From: an uncultured Acidobacteriota bacterium
GTDB lineage: Bacteria; Acidobacteriota; Terriglobia; Terriglobales; Acidobacteriaceae
Direction of reading: 5' to 3'
NCBI GenBank assembly: GCA_963787715.1
Contig: CAWBEC010000001.1
Span: forward strand, 1,990,449 to 2,054,448
Length of the DNA stretch: 64,000 nt
Shown here piece by piece: positions 28,707-38,748 of this stretch. The position numbers were made by a program, and so were the translations under genes. The notes under the pieces were generated by a model. It had not been told where the DNA came from and searched no databases. It was given only the letters and a program-made list of their open reading frames with translations. Numbering within the stretch: position 1 is the first letter of the stretch; each line of letters begins with the position of its first letter.

Positions 28707-29450
28707 CTACGGCAACACGGAGAATAAGTTGGGGAGCAGCTCGCCGGCTTTGCCCAAAAAAGAGTGGGTGAACGCCGTGGCGTTGGCCGGATGCTCGGGC
28801 CCAACGTAATAGGTGCGCACGGCCGCGTCACCGCGGGTATAACGCTCCCTTGCCATGTGCACAAAACTTGCCGCGGGCTGCACCACACCCGAAGTGCCGA
28901 TGACCAGCATCACGGTGCAGCGCTGCAGCTCTTCGAAGATGCGTTCGAGGTGAAACGGCATCTCGCCGAACCAGACGATATTCGGCCGGATGCATCCGCC
29001 ACACTCGCAACGGCGGTGCTCCGCTCTGCTCTCATAGAGGCTGGTATCGAAAAACGGCGCACGCGTGCAGCGGTCGCAGTGTGACTCGAAGAGTTCGCCG
29101 TGCATGTGCACAAGGTTGCGAGAGCCCGCGCGTTCATGCAGATCATCCACGTTTTGCGTGCAGAGGAAGAAGCGCTGGCCCAGCTTGCGCTCCAGCTCCG
29201 CGAGTGCGAAATGAGCGGGGTTGGGCTCGGCGGTGGCAGCCTTCTTCCGGCGGGTGGAATAAAAGCGCCAGACGCGCTCGGGGTTGCGCGCCCATCCCTC
29301 GGGAGAGGCTACGTCTTCGACGCGCTCGCCCTCCCAAAGGCCATCGGAGCCGCGAAAGGTCGCAAGCCCGCTCTCGGCGCTGACGCCGGCGCCGGTGAGC
29401 ACGAAGACGTGGTCGCCGCCGCCGATGACGATCTGATTCGAGTGCTTCAT
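28707..29450 (-). CDS. cobB: NAD-dependent protein deacylase (Sir2 family)
   Basis: GAGVSAESGLATFRG, QNVDDLHERAG, Zn-ribbon Cys pairs (CDRC...CECGG) and VIGTSG are present. Confidence 0.9.
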   Translation of the reverse strand: MKHSNQIVIGGGDHVFVLTGAGVSAESGLATFRGSDGLWEGERVEDVASPEGWARNPERVWRFYSTRRKKAATAEPNPAHFALAELERKLGQRFFLCTQNVDDLHERAGSRNLVHMHGELFESHCDRCTRAPFFDTSLYESRAEHRRCECGGCIRPNIVWFGEMPFHLERIFEELQRCTVMLVIGTSGVVQPAASFVHMARERYTRGDAAVRTYYVGPEHPANATAFTHSFLGKAGELLPNLFSVLP

Positions 29451-29458
29451 GCGAATGC

Positions 29459-30485
29459 CTACTTTGATGAATCCTTCTCTGCTGAATCTTGTTTAGCGGC
29501 GTGCTGCTTTGCGACGACATTCTGCTTTGCAAGATTCTGACTGGCGACATTCTGCGTAGCAACGTTCTGTGCGGCCCCGAGACCTTTCGACTGCGCTTGC
29601 AACAGCGCCGCGAAATGCTCCAGAGCGTATTGCCAATCATGACCGCCGGGGTAGATATGCGCTTCGTGCGGAATGCCGCGTTCGGTGAGCAGTTCGTCCA
29701 TGGCTACGGTACCCTTGTTGAAGTCGTAGCGATCCTGTGCGCCGCAATCGAAATAGATCGTCATGCGGTGGAGCGCAGGGCGGGAGGCGGCGCGCGCCAG
29801 ATGAAACGCAGAGTTCTTTTCGTAGAACGCAAGATCAGGCGGATCGCCAAAAATTGCGCCCATCAACTTTCGCTGCCATTCCTGAGAGAATTCGCGGGGC
29901 AGATGCTCAATCAGTGCGGGCATGCTGGCGCTGACGGCGGCGAACATCTCCGGATACTTGAAGCCATAGTGCAGCGCGCCAAAGCCGCCCATCGAGATTC
30001 CCATGATTCCACGCTGTGAGCGGGTGGTGCCGATGCGATACTTCTTCTCCATTGCGGGCAAAAATTCATGCAGGAAAAAATCTTCGTAGCGGAACTTGCC
30101 CATCCCTGGAATTGACGTAGAAGGATTGAAAGCCCGCCGGCGCCATGAGCGCGAATTCGCCGATCTTCTTTTCACGCATCAGGCGGTCATACATCGGCCA
30201 GCCGCCCAGGTTCACAAGCGACTGCTCGTTGTCTCCGAGGCCGTGCAGGTAATAGACCACCGGAAAACGGCGGGCAGTGTCCTGCGCGTAGCTGGGAGGC
30301 AGTATCACGCAATAAGGCACCTCGCGATCGAGAATACGGCTCTTGAGAGTGGAACACTCCACCTTGGAATGAGGGGCAGAGGATTGAGCCGTGGCAGGCG
30401 AATCGGCGGCAGGCTGAGCAAGACTCAGCGAATGCAAAACAATAAGACATCCCAGCAGCGCCATCCAGCGGCTTGCAGAATTCAT
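29459..30485 (-). pseudogene. Secreted esterase (putative esterase/CE1-like), one frame break as sequenced
   Basis: The N-terminal part (signal peptide MNSASRWMALLGCLIVLHSLSLA ...YLHGLGDNE...SFYVNSRDG) and the C-terminal part (KFRYEDFFLHEF...GISMGGFGAL...) lie in different frames. The break is at ~30095-30110. Confidence 0.8.
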
Positions 30486-30538
30486 TTCACCCCGTCGTAG
30501 TTGATTGACATATATCGATACACGTTGTTGCTCCAGGA

Positions 30539-31859
30539 TCATTCGTAACGCAGCGCCTGCACGGGGTCAAGCCGGGCGGCGCGCGCTGCCGGATAGATGC
30601 CGGCCACCACGCTGACCAGCACCGCGAAGCCAATGGCTCCGGCGACGAGCCAGAGCGGAACCGTCCAGAGATTTTCGGCAGGCATTTTCATGATTTTGTG
30701 AAGATAAAGGTTGCTGCCGAAGTTGATGGCTCGCCCGATGATCCATCCCAGAGCCACGCCCAGAGCGCCGCCGGTCAATCCCATCGTCGCGGCTTCGGCA
30801 AAGAAAAGCTTCTTCACGTCGGCATCGCTTGCGCCGAGGGCTTTCATGATGCCGATCTCTCGCCGGCGCTCCAATACCGCCATCACGAGCGTATTCACGA
30901 TGGCCAGAAAAGCTACGGCCAGGGCAAGCGAGCCGAAGATTCCCAGGAACATATCCAGCACGGCAAAAAAGCGGCGGATGCTCTTGGTCGCGTCCAGGTA
31001 GGAGTAGGCCGAGTAATTCATCTGCTTCACCGACTCTTCCACCTTCTCCGCGTAGGACGCGGATTTCATGCGCACGGTGAGCATCGAATAGGTGCGCGCA
31101 GCCGGAGGTGGTGCGAACCAGTTGCTGGGTGTCGGCGGGCTGCATCAGGTTCATGGCCTCGGCGGTCTGGGTGGGCAGAAAGACGCGGGCGCGGCTGATC
31201 ATGCGCATGCCGCCGAATGGCTCGCGCATCCAGTAGTCCGACGATGCGGAACTGTTTTTCTTTGCGCTCGATGCTGAAGCTGGTGCTGTCGCCATTCTGG
31301 CGTTCGGCGTAGCGCACGGTCAGAATCTTTCCCAGCACGGATTCCGGATCTTTTTCCAGCTTCTTAGCGAAGTCACGTTGGAGTAGAACTTCATCGGCGA
31401 GGGCGGAGCTGAAGAACCTGCCCTTTACGTTTTCTACCGCGTCTTCTTCGCGCGCGGACTGGGGAGCCCGGCAAGCATGGTGAAGTTGGTTTTGTCGCCG
31501 TAGACCACCTCGGCTCCGGCGCGCACCTCGGGAGCGACTTCCTCGACTCCGGGCAGCGCGGCGATTTTCTTGCGCGCATCGTCATCGAGCACGGGAGCTT
31601 CCTCGGGCTTGATGTCGGCGTTGTCCTCGGCGTTTTCCTGGCGATTGCGAAGGTCCTGCTTGCCGGTGACGAAGACGGTCTGGAAGATTCCAGATTTCAT
31701 GAGCTGGTGATTGGCGAATCCCTGCAGCCCGATGCCGAGCGAGAGCATCGCCACGAGCGAGGCGACGCCGACGGCGATTCCCATGGTGGTGAGGGCATTG
31801 CGCAGGCGGGCATTGCGCATGTTGCGAGCCGCGAGTTCGAACAGATCCTGGCGGTTCAT
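30539..31859 (-). pseudogene. ABC transporter permease (FtsX/MacB-LolE type), three frame breaks as sequenced
   Basis: Four collinear fragments were recovered by my translation: [15 protein letters not shown]...FTMLAGLP / SAREEDAVENVKGRFF...FRIVGLLD / EPFGGMRMISRARVFLP...VRTTSG / RTYSMLTVRMKS...ERRREIGIMKALGAS...LDPVQALRYE. The breaks are at ~31455-31468, ~31222-31236 and ~31092-31103. Confidence 0.85.
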
Positions 31860-32590
31860 CGAAGCGCCTCGACGCCGATTGCCGGAGAGGCGACCAGCTT
31901 TCCATCCGCCATGTGCAGAGACTTGCGCGCATAGCGCGCGGCCAGTGCCGGATCATGCGTGACCATCAGCACGGTCACATTCATCTTTTCATTCAGCTCG
32001 CGCATCAGGGTCATGACCTCGTGACCGTTGCGGCTGTCCAGGTTTCCGGTTGGCTCGTCGGCCAGCAACAGTCCGGGACGATTGGCCAGGGCGCGGGCGA
32101 TTGCGGCCCGCTGCTGCTCGCCGCCGCTGAGCTCGGTGGGTTTGTGGCTGGCGCGATGGGCGAGGCCGACATTGGTGAGCAGCTCAAGCACGCGCTCGCG
32201 GCGCTGGCCGCGAGGGGTTTCGGCGAACCGGAGGGGCAATTCGATGTTGTCGGCCAGGGTCATGGTCGGCACGAGGTTGAAGGATTGAAAGATCATGCCG
32301 ACACTGAGGCGGCGGTAGCGGGCCAGTGCCTCGGAGTCCATTGTGCTCAGGTCTCGTCCGGCGACCATGATGCTGCCCGCGCTGAGATGGTCGAGTCCAG
32401 CGAGAAGATTCAGCAGCGTGGATTTGCCCGAGCCCGAGGGACCCAGCAGGGCGGCGAATTCTCCGCGCTCGATGGTGAAGCTGGCGTCATCGACGGCGCG
32501 CACGATGGTGTCGCCCATTGCGTAGAAGCGGCTGGCGCCGCGTGCTTCAATGGCCGTGGCCGTCTCAGTGCTCACTGTCTCCCCGCTCAT
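31856..32590 (-). CDS. ABC transporter ATP-binding protein (MacB/LolD-like)
   Basis: Walker [10 protein letters not shown], signature LSGGEQQR and Walker B LLLADEPT. The start was chosen at ATG 32590 after an AAGGA SD. There is a 4-nt overlap with the permease. Confidence 0.9.
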   Translation of the reverse strand: MSGETVSTETATAIEARGASRFYAMGDTIVRAVDDASFTIERGEFAALLGPSGSGKSTLLNLLAGLDHLSAGSIMVAGRDLSTMDSEALARYRRLSVGMIFQSFNLVPTMTLADNIELPLRFAETPRGQRRERVLELLTNVGLAHRASHKPTELSGGEQQRAAIARALANRPGLLLADEPTGNLDSRNGHEVMTLMRELNEKMNVTVLMVTHDPALAARYARKSLHMADGKLVASPAIGVEALR

Positions 32591-32765
32591 CGTCGCCCCG
32601 TCCTTCGCAGCCGTTTCTCTCGTACCACACAACGTTGCCGTGACCCTCATTGGACGCAAGCTGAGAGGATACGGTGCAATGATGCTTCCGGTTCTGCTAT
32701 TTCCCGACGATTGCTGCTTTTTGCCGTTGACCTGGGCCGCCCTCTCTGGTTAGGATAACTGCATC

Positions 32766-32844
32766 ATGACATCTCTGCTACATCACCGCCATACATCATC
32801 ACCATACGGCGATTGTGTCGGCGGAGGCGCATGGATCCCTGTAA
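32766..32844 (+). promoter_or_regulatory. Candidate his-operon leader peptide (His-codon run, interrupted by one nt as sequenced)
   Basis: ATG 32766 ... CAT CAC CGC CAT (32781-32792), then a single A (32793), then CAT CAT CAC CAT (32794-32805) ... TAA (32842-32844). Without the A the reading is MTSLLHHRHHHHHTAIVSAEAHGSL*. Confidence 0.5.
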
Positions 32845-32866
32845 AAGGTAATCATCCAAGCACTGG

Positions 32867-32899
32867 CCCGCTGGCGCAATCGAAGCCAGCGGGTTTTTT
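32867..32899 (+). terminator. Strong intrinsic terminator (attenuator candidate) 62 nt upstream of hisI
   Basis: CCCGCTGGC (32867-32875), a 9-nt loop, then GCCAGCGGG (32885-32893) followed by TTTTTT (32894-32899). There is no upstream plus-strand gene for it to terminate. Confidence 0.75.
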
Positions 32900-32961
32900 A
32901 TTGTGACCGTTGCGCCCGATCGCTCCAGGAAAGCCAGTCCGAAGAGGAAAAGGAAAAGACA

Positions 32962-33324
32962 ATGCAGATCGATTTCGAAAAGATGGGGGGACTTGCCCCG
33001 GCGATCGTACAGGATGCCGACAATGGCGAGGTTCTCATGGTGGGCTTCATGAACCAGGAGGCGCTCGAGAAGACGCTTCAGACCGGGTATGTAACCTTCT
33101 ACAGCCGCACCCGCAACAAGCTTTGGACCAAGGGCGAGAGCAGCGGCAACCGTCTGCGCCTCACTTATGCCGCCACCGACTGCGACAACGATACGGTTCT
33201 CTGCAAGGTTCGTGTGGAAGGCGACGGATTGGTCTGCCATGAAGGCACCCGCTCCTGCTTCACCAAGCCGATGAGCTTCACCGCGGCTTCTGACATGAAG
33301 GGCTCGGAGGTCTCCAATGGCTAA
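32962..33324 (+). CDS. hisI: Phosphoribosyl-AMP cyclohydrolase
   Basis: 120-aa ORF with [21 protein letters not shown]...[17 protein letters not shown]...DCDNDT...CH. Confidence 0.9.
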   Translation: MQIDFEKMGGLAPAIVQDADNGEVLMVGFMNQEALEKTLQTGYVTFYSRTRNKLWTKGESSGNRLRLTYAATDCDNDTVLCKVRVEGDGLVCHEGTRSCFTKPMSFTAASDMKGSEVSNG

Positions 33325-34190
33325 GATTCGACTTGGCATTCCGAAGGGCTCGCTGCAGGATGCGACCATCGCATTGTTTGCCGCCGCTGGATTCAAGATC
33401 TACGCCAACGGCCGCTCCTACTTTCCCTCGACCGACGATCCCGAGCTGGAATGCATGTTGATTCGCGCACAGGAGATGGCGCGTTACGTCGAGCACGGCG
33501 TGCTGGATGCCGGTCTCACGGGCCTCGACTGGGTGATCGAAAGCGGACGCCAGGTTCATGCCGTCTGCGACCTGATCTACTCCAAGCAGAGCCGTGGCGG
33601 GGTGAAATGGGTGCTGGCGGTGCCGGAAGACTCGACCCGTGAAACGCGCCGAGGATCTGGCGGGCAAAACGATTGCGACCGAGTTGGTCGAGGTCACGAA
33701 GAATTACTTTGCCGCGAAGAATGTTCCCGTGCAGGTTGATTTCAGCTGGGGCGCGACCGAGGTGAAGCCGCCGATGCTGGCCGACGCCATCGTCGAGGTC
33801 ACCGAGACCGGAAGCTCGTTGCGCGCCAATCGTCTGCGCATTGTCGAGACCGTGCTGGAGTCCAACACGCAGGTGATCGCCAATACGAAGGCCTATGCCG
33901 ACCCATGCAAGCGGCAGAAGATCGACAACATTGCACTGATGTTGCAGGGCGCCATCGCCGCGCAGGGACGGGTTGGACTGATGCTGAACGTGCAGCAGAA
34001 GAATCTGCAGGCCGTGCTCGCGGTGCTGCCCGCACTCAACTCTCCGACGATCTCCGCGCTTAGCGACTCCGAGTGGGTCGCGCTCAACACCATCCTCGAA
34101 GAGACGGTTGTGCGTGATGTGATTCCGCGCCTGAAGGCCGCGGGAGGCACCGGCATCGTCGAGTATCCGCTGAACAAGGTGGTGATGTAA
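33317..34190 (+). pseudogene. hisG: ATP phosphoribosyltransferase (long form), one frame break as sequenced
   Basis: [17 protein letters not shown]...WVLAVPEDS continues in another frame as [17 protein letters not shown]...[12 protein letters not shown]. The break is at ~33635 (TCG-A-CCCGTG). Confidence 0.9.
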
Positions 34191-35436
34191 TGAAACTGCT
34201 CAGTGGCGAGGAGGCGGCGCAAGCGGTCGTCTCCCTCGCTCATCGCTACGCCTCGTTTGATCCCAAGGTGGAGAAGACCGTCGCCGGAATCGTGAGCCGG
34301 GTGCGTTCCGGCGGCGATGCGTCGCTGCTGGAGTACGCGCATAAGTTCGACGGCCTCGCCAAAGGGGCGCCGATGCGCGTCCCGGCGGAGGAGTTGCGGG
34401 CTGCAGTCGGCAAGGTGAGCGCCGAGTTCATTCGCGCCGTTGAGCATCGCGGCGAAAAATATTCGCAATTTTGCCGAGTGGCAACTGCCCCGCCCCTGGA
34501 TTCGCACCATTCAACCGGGGCTGCGCGTAGGTCAGGCGGTTCGCCCTCTGGAGTCGGTGGGCTGCTACGCTCCCGGCGGCCGGTATCCGCTGCCCTCGAC
34601 GGTGCTGATGACGGCGATCCCCGCACAGGTCGCGGGGGTCAAGCGCATTGCAGTAGCCTCGCCGAATCCCGCGCCGGAGACGCTGGCGGCCGCGGCCATC
34701 ATCGGGGTCAAAGAGTTCTACCGGATTGGCGGCGCGCAGGCGATTGCGGCCTTTGCCTACGGCACGCAGAGCATTCCTGCGGTGAATAAGATCGTGGGCC
34801 CCGGCAACATTTACGTGACGCTGGCGAAGAAGCTGGTGGCCTTTGATTGCGGCATCGACTTTCTAGCCGGGCCGACGGAAATTGTCTATTGTGCAAGCGA
34901 GGGCAATCCGGAGTTTATCGCCAGCGATCTGGTGGCACAGGCCGAGCACGATCCCGAGGCGCTCGCAATCTTTGTCACGGCCAGCAGTCGGCTTGCAAAG
35001 GCCGTGATCAAGCAGGCGACGGCGATGGCCAAAGACAATGCCATTGCCAAGCAGTCACTGGTGGCGCGCGGGCGTGGTGCTGGTCGCCAAGAACCGCAAG
35101 CAGGCGATGGAGTGGACCAACGAACTCGGCGGGGAGCACGTTACAGTGCCGTCGGAAGATCTTCAAGACGTAACGTGCGCAGGCTCGATCTTTCTTGGCG
35201 ACCATACGCCACAGTCGCTGGGAGACTATGCGAGCGGCCCGAACCACACTCTGCCCACGGGCAATGTGGCGCGATATCGCGGCGGGTTGAACGTGATCGA
35301 TTTTGTTCGCATCATCACCACTCAGGAGGCAAGCCCGAAGGGGCTGGCCCAGATTGCGCCCACGGTCACGCTGCTGGCGGAGGCCGAGGGATTGAAGGGC
35401 CATGCCGCGAGCGTGCGGGTGAGACTGAAAAAATGA
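34190..35436 (+). pseudogene. hisD: Histidinol dehydrogenase, two frame breaks as sequenced
   Basis: There are three collinear fragments: ...KVSAEFIRAVEH / AAKNIRNFAEWQL...AQAEHDPEA...KQSLVARG / VVLVAKNRKQAMEWTNELGGEHV...GDYASGPNHTLPT...VRVRLKK. The breaks are at ~34448 and ~35068-35073. Confidence 0.9.
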
Positions 35437-36542
35437 GTAACCAGTTACGTGCGCGCCGCGTCGTGGAAACGCTGAAGGAGTATCACCCGCCTCTGGGCGG
35501 CCGCGAAGGACTGCGCCTCGACTTCAACGAGAACGTGGATGGCTGCTCGCCGCGGGTGCTCCAGACGCTGCACTCCATCACTGCCGAGTTGCTGAATAAA
35601 TATCCTGAGCGCGAGCCTGGAGAACGGGCGGTTGCGCGCCATCTCGGAATTTCCTCCGAGCAGGTGCTGCTGACCAATGGCGTGGACGAGGCGATCCACC
35701 TGCTGGCGGAAACCTACCTTGAGCCGGGTGACGAGACGCTGATCGCCGTGCCCACCTTCAGCATGTATGAGATCTACGCGCTGGCAACCGGTGCGGTGGT
35801 TCGCAGCGTGCAATCGGGCGAGGGGCTGGAATTTCCCGCCGACGCGTTGCTCGATGCGATCACCCCGCAGACTCGGCTGATCTGCGTCGCCAATCCCAAC
35901 AATCCCACGGGCGCCATCGCCACACGCGAGCAATTGCTGGCGATCTTGCAGGCCGCGCCGCAGGCGGCGGTGTTGATCGACGAAGCCTACATTCATTTTG
36001 GCGGCGAGAGCCTGCTCGATCAGCTTGGCCACATCGACAATCTCTTCATCAGCCGGACTTTTTCCAAGGCCTACGGACTGGCCGGCTTCCGTCTTGGCGC
36101 GCTGCTTGGTTCATCTGCACAGTTGAAGATGCTGCGCCGCGTCGCCTCGCCTTACAATGTAAACGGCATCGCGCTCACTTGCCTGAGCGCCGCGCTCGAC
36201 GATCACGATTACATCGCCAGCTATGTTGCACAGGTGCTTGAGGGACGGAAGCTGCTGGAGAGCTTCTACCGTGAGCGCAAGATTCCTTACTGGCCCTCGC
36301 AGGCAAATTTCGTGCTCGCCTACTTCGGTGATTATCGCAAGGCTTTTGTGGAGCAGATGCGCAAGCGCGGCATCCTGGTGCGCGACCGCAATAGCGACTC
36401 CGGCTGCGCGGGCTGCGTGCGCATTACGCTCGGCAATCGTGAGCAGACCGAGCGGCTCTTGAGCGAACTTCCCGAGGCGCTGGCCAGCATTGGCTTTGCG
36501 CCGCAACCGCGTCCCACGCTCGCCGCCAAGGAGGCGCAATGA
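35433..36542 (+). CDS. hisC: Histidinol-phosphate aminotransferase
   Basis: [20 protein letters not shown]...NPNNPTG...[16 protein letters not shown] (PLP lysine motif). The ATG overlaps the hisD stop (ATGA). Confidence 0.9.
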   Translation: MSNQLRARRVVETLKEYHPPLGGREGLRLDFNENVDGCSPRVLQTLHSITAELLNKYPEREPGERAVARHLGISSEQVLLTNGVDEAIHLLAETYLEPGDETLIAVPTFSMYEIYALATGAVVRSVQSGEGLEFPADALLDAITPQTRLICVANPNNPTGAIATREQLLAILQAAPQAAVLIDEAYIHFGGESLLDQLGHIDNLFISRTFSKAYGLAGFRLGALLGSSAQLKMLRRVASPYNVNGIALTCLSAALDDHDYIASYVAQVLEGRKLLESFYRERKIPYWPSQANFVLAYFGDYRKAFVEQMRKRGILVRDRNSDSGCAGCVRITLGNREQTERLLSELPEALASIGFAPQPRPTLAAKEAQ

Positions 36543-37162
36543 CCAAAGCCGCAAAAGCCGCACCCCAGACGAAGTCGCGTGGCACCGAACTGGAACGCAT
36601 CACCACGGAGACTCAGATCGCGCTGGCGCTCAACATCGACGGCACCGGAATCTACAAGGTGGACACCGGCATCCGCTTCCTCGACCACATGCTGGAGCTG
36701 TTTACCCGTCATGGCGGATTCGATCTGGCGCTGGCCTGCCGAGGCGATCTCGACGTCGATCAGCACCACACAGTCGAAGATGTCGGCATCGCGCTGGGCG
36801 AAGCGTTCGACCGCTCGCTGGGCGACAAGAAGGGAATCCTGCGCGCGGGATATTTCCTGATGCCGATGGATGAGACGCTGGGCATTGCCGCCGTGGACCT
36901 GAGCGGACGCGCCGCGTGCGTGGTGGATACCAAGGTACGCGTGCGGCTGGTGGGCGATCTGCAGAGCGAATTGGTCTTCGATTTCTTTGAGGGATTCGCG
37001 CGCGGAGCGCGGGCCAACGTTCACCTGAAGACGATGTACGGACGTTCCAACCATCACAAGATCGAGGCGCTCTTCAAGGCCTTCGCCCGCGCCCTTCGCG
37101 CTGCTTGCAGCAAGGACCAGCGCCTGGCCGAGATGTTGCCGTCCACTAAAGGACTTCTGTAG
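36539..37162 (+). CDS. hisB: Imidazoleglycerol-phosphate dehydratase
   Basis: [23 protein letters not shown] and SNHHKIEA are present. Confidence 0.95.
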   Translation: MTKAAKAAPQTKSRGTELERITTETQIALALNIDGTGIYKVDTGIRFLDHMLELFTRHGGFDLALACRGDLDVDQHHTVEDVGIALGEAFDRSLGDKKGILRAGYFLMPMDETLGIAAVDLSGRAACVVDTKVRVRLVGDLQSELVFDFFEGFARGARANVHLKTMYGRSNHHKIEALFKAFARALRAACSKDQRLAEMLPSTKGLL

Positions 37163-37798
37163 ATGATTACCTTCGTCGATTACAAAGCCGGCAACCTGAC
37201 CAGCGTTCGCAAGGCGTTTACCTATCTCGGGCAGGAGACGGTGGTCACCGACGATCCGGCGGCGGTGCGGGAGGCGCAGGCCATCGTGCTTCCCGGCGTA
37301 GGGCACTTCTGCACCACCGAGCGACTCACGTCCAGCGGCGTGCGCCAAGCCGTGTGTGAGGCGATCGAGCGCGGCGTGCCGTTCCTTGGCATCTGCGTGG
37401 GAATGCAGTGGCAGTTCGAGGGCTCGACGGAAGCGCCGGAGGCACCGGGGCTGGGGCTCTTTGAAGGCGCATGCGAACGCTTCCACACTACGCTGAAGGT
37501 GCCGCACGTGGGATGGAACCAGATTCGGCGCGCGCCGCACAGCGCGCCCTCGCGTCTGCTGGAAGGAGTGCCCGACGATAGCTTCGTGTACTTCACCCAC
37601 TCCTATCGCGCGCCGGTTGTCGAGGGCGTCTCGGCCATTACCACTTATGGCGAGACCTTTGCGGCAGCGGTCGAGCGCGATAATGTTTTCGGGGTGCAGT
37701 TCCATCCGGAGAAATCCGGCGACACCGGCCTGCGCATTCTCAAGAACTTCTGCGACTATGCGGCGAAAGGAGTGCGCGATGAGCACTGGGATCACTAA
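37163..37798 (+). CDS. hisH: Imidazole glycerol phosphate synthase, glutamine amidotransferase subunit
   Basis: LPGVGHF, GICVGMQ (catalytic Cys) and FHPEKS are present. Confidence 0.95.
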   Translation: MITFVDYKAGNLTSVRKAFTYLGQETVVTDDPAAVREAQAIVLPGVGHFCTTERLTSSGVRQAVCEAIERGVPFLGICVGMQWQFEGSTEAPEAPGLGLFEGACERFHTTLKVPHVGWNQIRRAPHSAPSRLLEGVPDDSFVYFTHSYRAPVVEGVSAITTYGETFAAAVERDNVFGVQFHPEKSGDTGLRILKNFCDYAAKGVRDEHWDH

Positions 37799-38576
37799 GC
37801 GCATTATTGCCTGCCTGGACGTGACCAAGGGCCGCGTCGTAAAAGGGGTGCAGTTTGTGGATCTGATCGACGCCGGAGATCCATCGGAGCTGGCGCACCT
37901 GCACGCCACCAGCGGCGCCGATGAGATCGTGCTGCTCGACATCACCGCGACCAGCGATGCGCGGCCCATCCTGATCGACGTGGTGCGGCGCACCGCGCGC
38001 CAGCTCTTTGTGCCGTTCACGGTGGGCGGCGGCGTGCGCTCGCTCGCCGATGCCAGCGCGCTGTTCGATGCGGGTGCGGATAAGATCAGCATCAACTCGG
38101 CGGCGATCAAGGCTCCTGAGATTATCACGGAGATTGCGGAGCGCTTCGGCTCGCAGGCGGTGATCGTCGCCATTGATGCCAAGCGCAAGGCGAAGGCCGC
38201 GGTCACTGCCGAGGGTACGGTTGCGGCCGAGGTCTATCTCGCCGGCGGCCGCGTGGCAACAGGCCGCGATGCCGTCGAGTGGGCGCGCGAGGCGGAGTCG
38301 CGCGGCGCAGGAGAAATTCTGCTCACCTCGATGGACTGCGACGGAACCCGCGCGGGCTTCGATTGTCCGCTTACCGCAGCCGTGGCCAAAGCCGTAAATA
38401 TTCCGGTCATCGCCAGCGGCGGCGCGGGTTCGGGCGATCATTTTGTGGATGTGTTCAAAGCTGGATGCGCCGATGCCGCGCTGGCCGCTTCTATCTTTCA
38501 CTTCGGGATTCATGATGTGCGGCAGCTGAAAGCGCAACTGCAGGGCGAGGGGATTCCGATGAGGCTGCCTTGCTGA
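37779..38576 (+). CDS. hisF: Imidazole glycerol phosphate synthase, cyclase subunit
   Basis: [26 protein letters not shown]...[10 protein letters not shown]...IASGGAG. AAAGGAG SD precedes ATG 37779. The ORF-track start 37617 is an overextension into hisH. Confidence 0.95.
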   Translation: MSTGITKRIIACLDVTKGRVVKGVQFVDLIDAGDPSELAHLHATSGADEIVLLDITATSDARPILIDVVRRTARQLFVPFTVGGGVRSLADASALFDAGADKISINSAAIKAPEIITEIAERFGSQAVIVAIDAKRKAKAAVTAEGTVAAEVYLAGGRVATGRDAVEWAREAESRGAGEILLTSMDCDGTRAGFDCPLTAAVAKAVNIPVIASGGAGSGDHFVDVFKAGCADAALAASIFHFGIHDVRQLKAQLQGEGIPMRLPC

Positions 38577-38596
38577 AGGCATTTGGCCCAAGCTTG

Positions 38597-38671
38597 ATGT
38601 TTGAAAAGCTTGATACGGCGCGGAAGATTTGAACAGTGCGGGGGTCCTTCGGCTACGCCTCAGGATGACCC
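38597..38671 (+). repeat. ~75-bp intergenic repeat, family 1, copy c
   Basis: GATGTTTGAAAAGCTTGATACGGCGCGGAAGATTTGAACAGTGCGGGGGTCCTTCGGCTACGCCTCAGGATGACCC lies inside the his operon, between hisF and hisA. Confidence 0.65.
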
Positions 38672-38748
38672 TATAAAAACAAGAACGAAGAGCAAGAGCA
38701 CGTGCAGGGGCAACTTTCTTAGATACGACTAGAAGGGCTCAAAAATAG

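Noticed and set aside
32766-32906. The as-sequenced 46-aa ORF from ATG 32766 ([46 protein letters not shown]) taken as a real protein.
   Set aside because: It reads straight through the terminator hairpin and T tract and has no protein-like features after the His codons. The +1 frame with four more His codons and an early stop is a better biological reading (see the attenuator finding).
34440-36542. 700-aa ORF that looks like a HisD-HisC fusion protein.
   Set aside because: The middle hisD fragment reads on, out of frame, through the last third of hisD. That stretch is junk (...GRGAGRQEPQAGDGVDQRTRRGARYSAVGRSSRRNV...) and runs into the hisC frame. hisC has its own ATG at 35433 overlapping the hisD stop, and the genuine hisD C-terminus is in the 35038-35436 frame.
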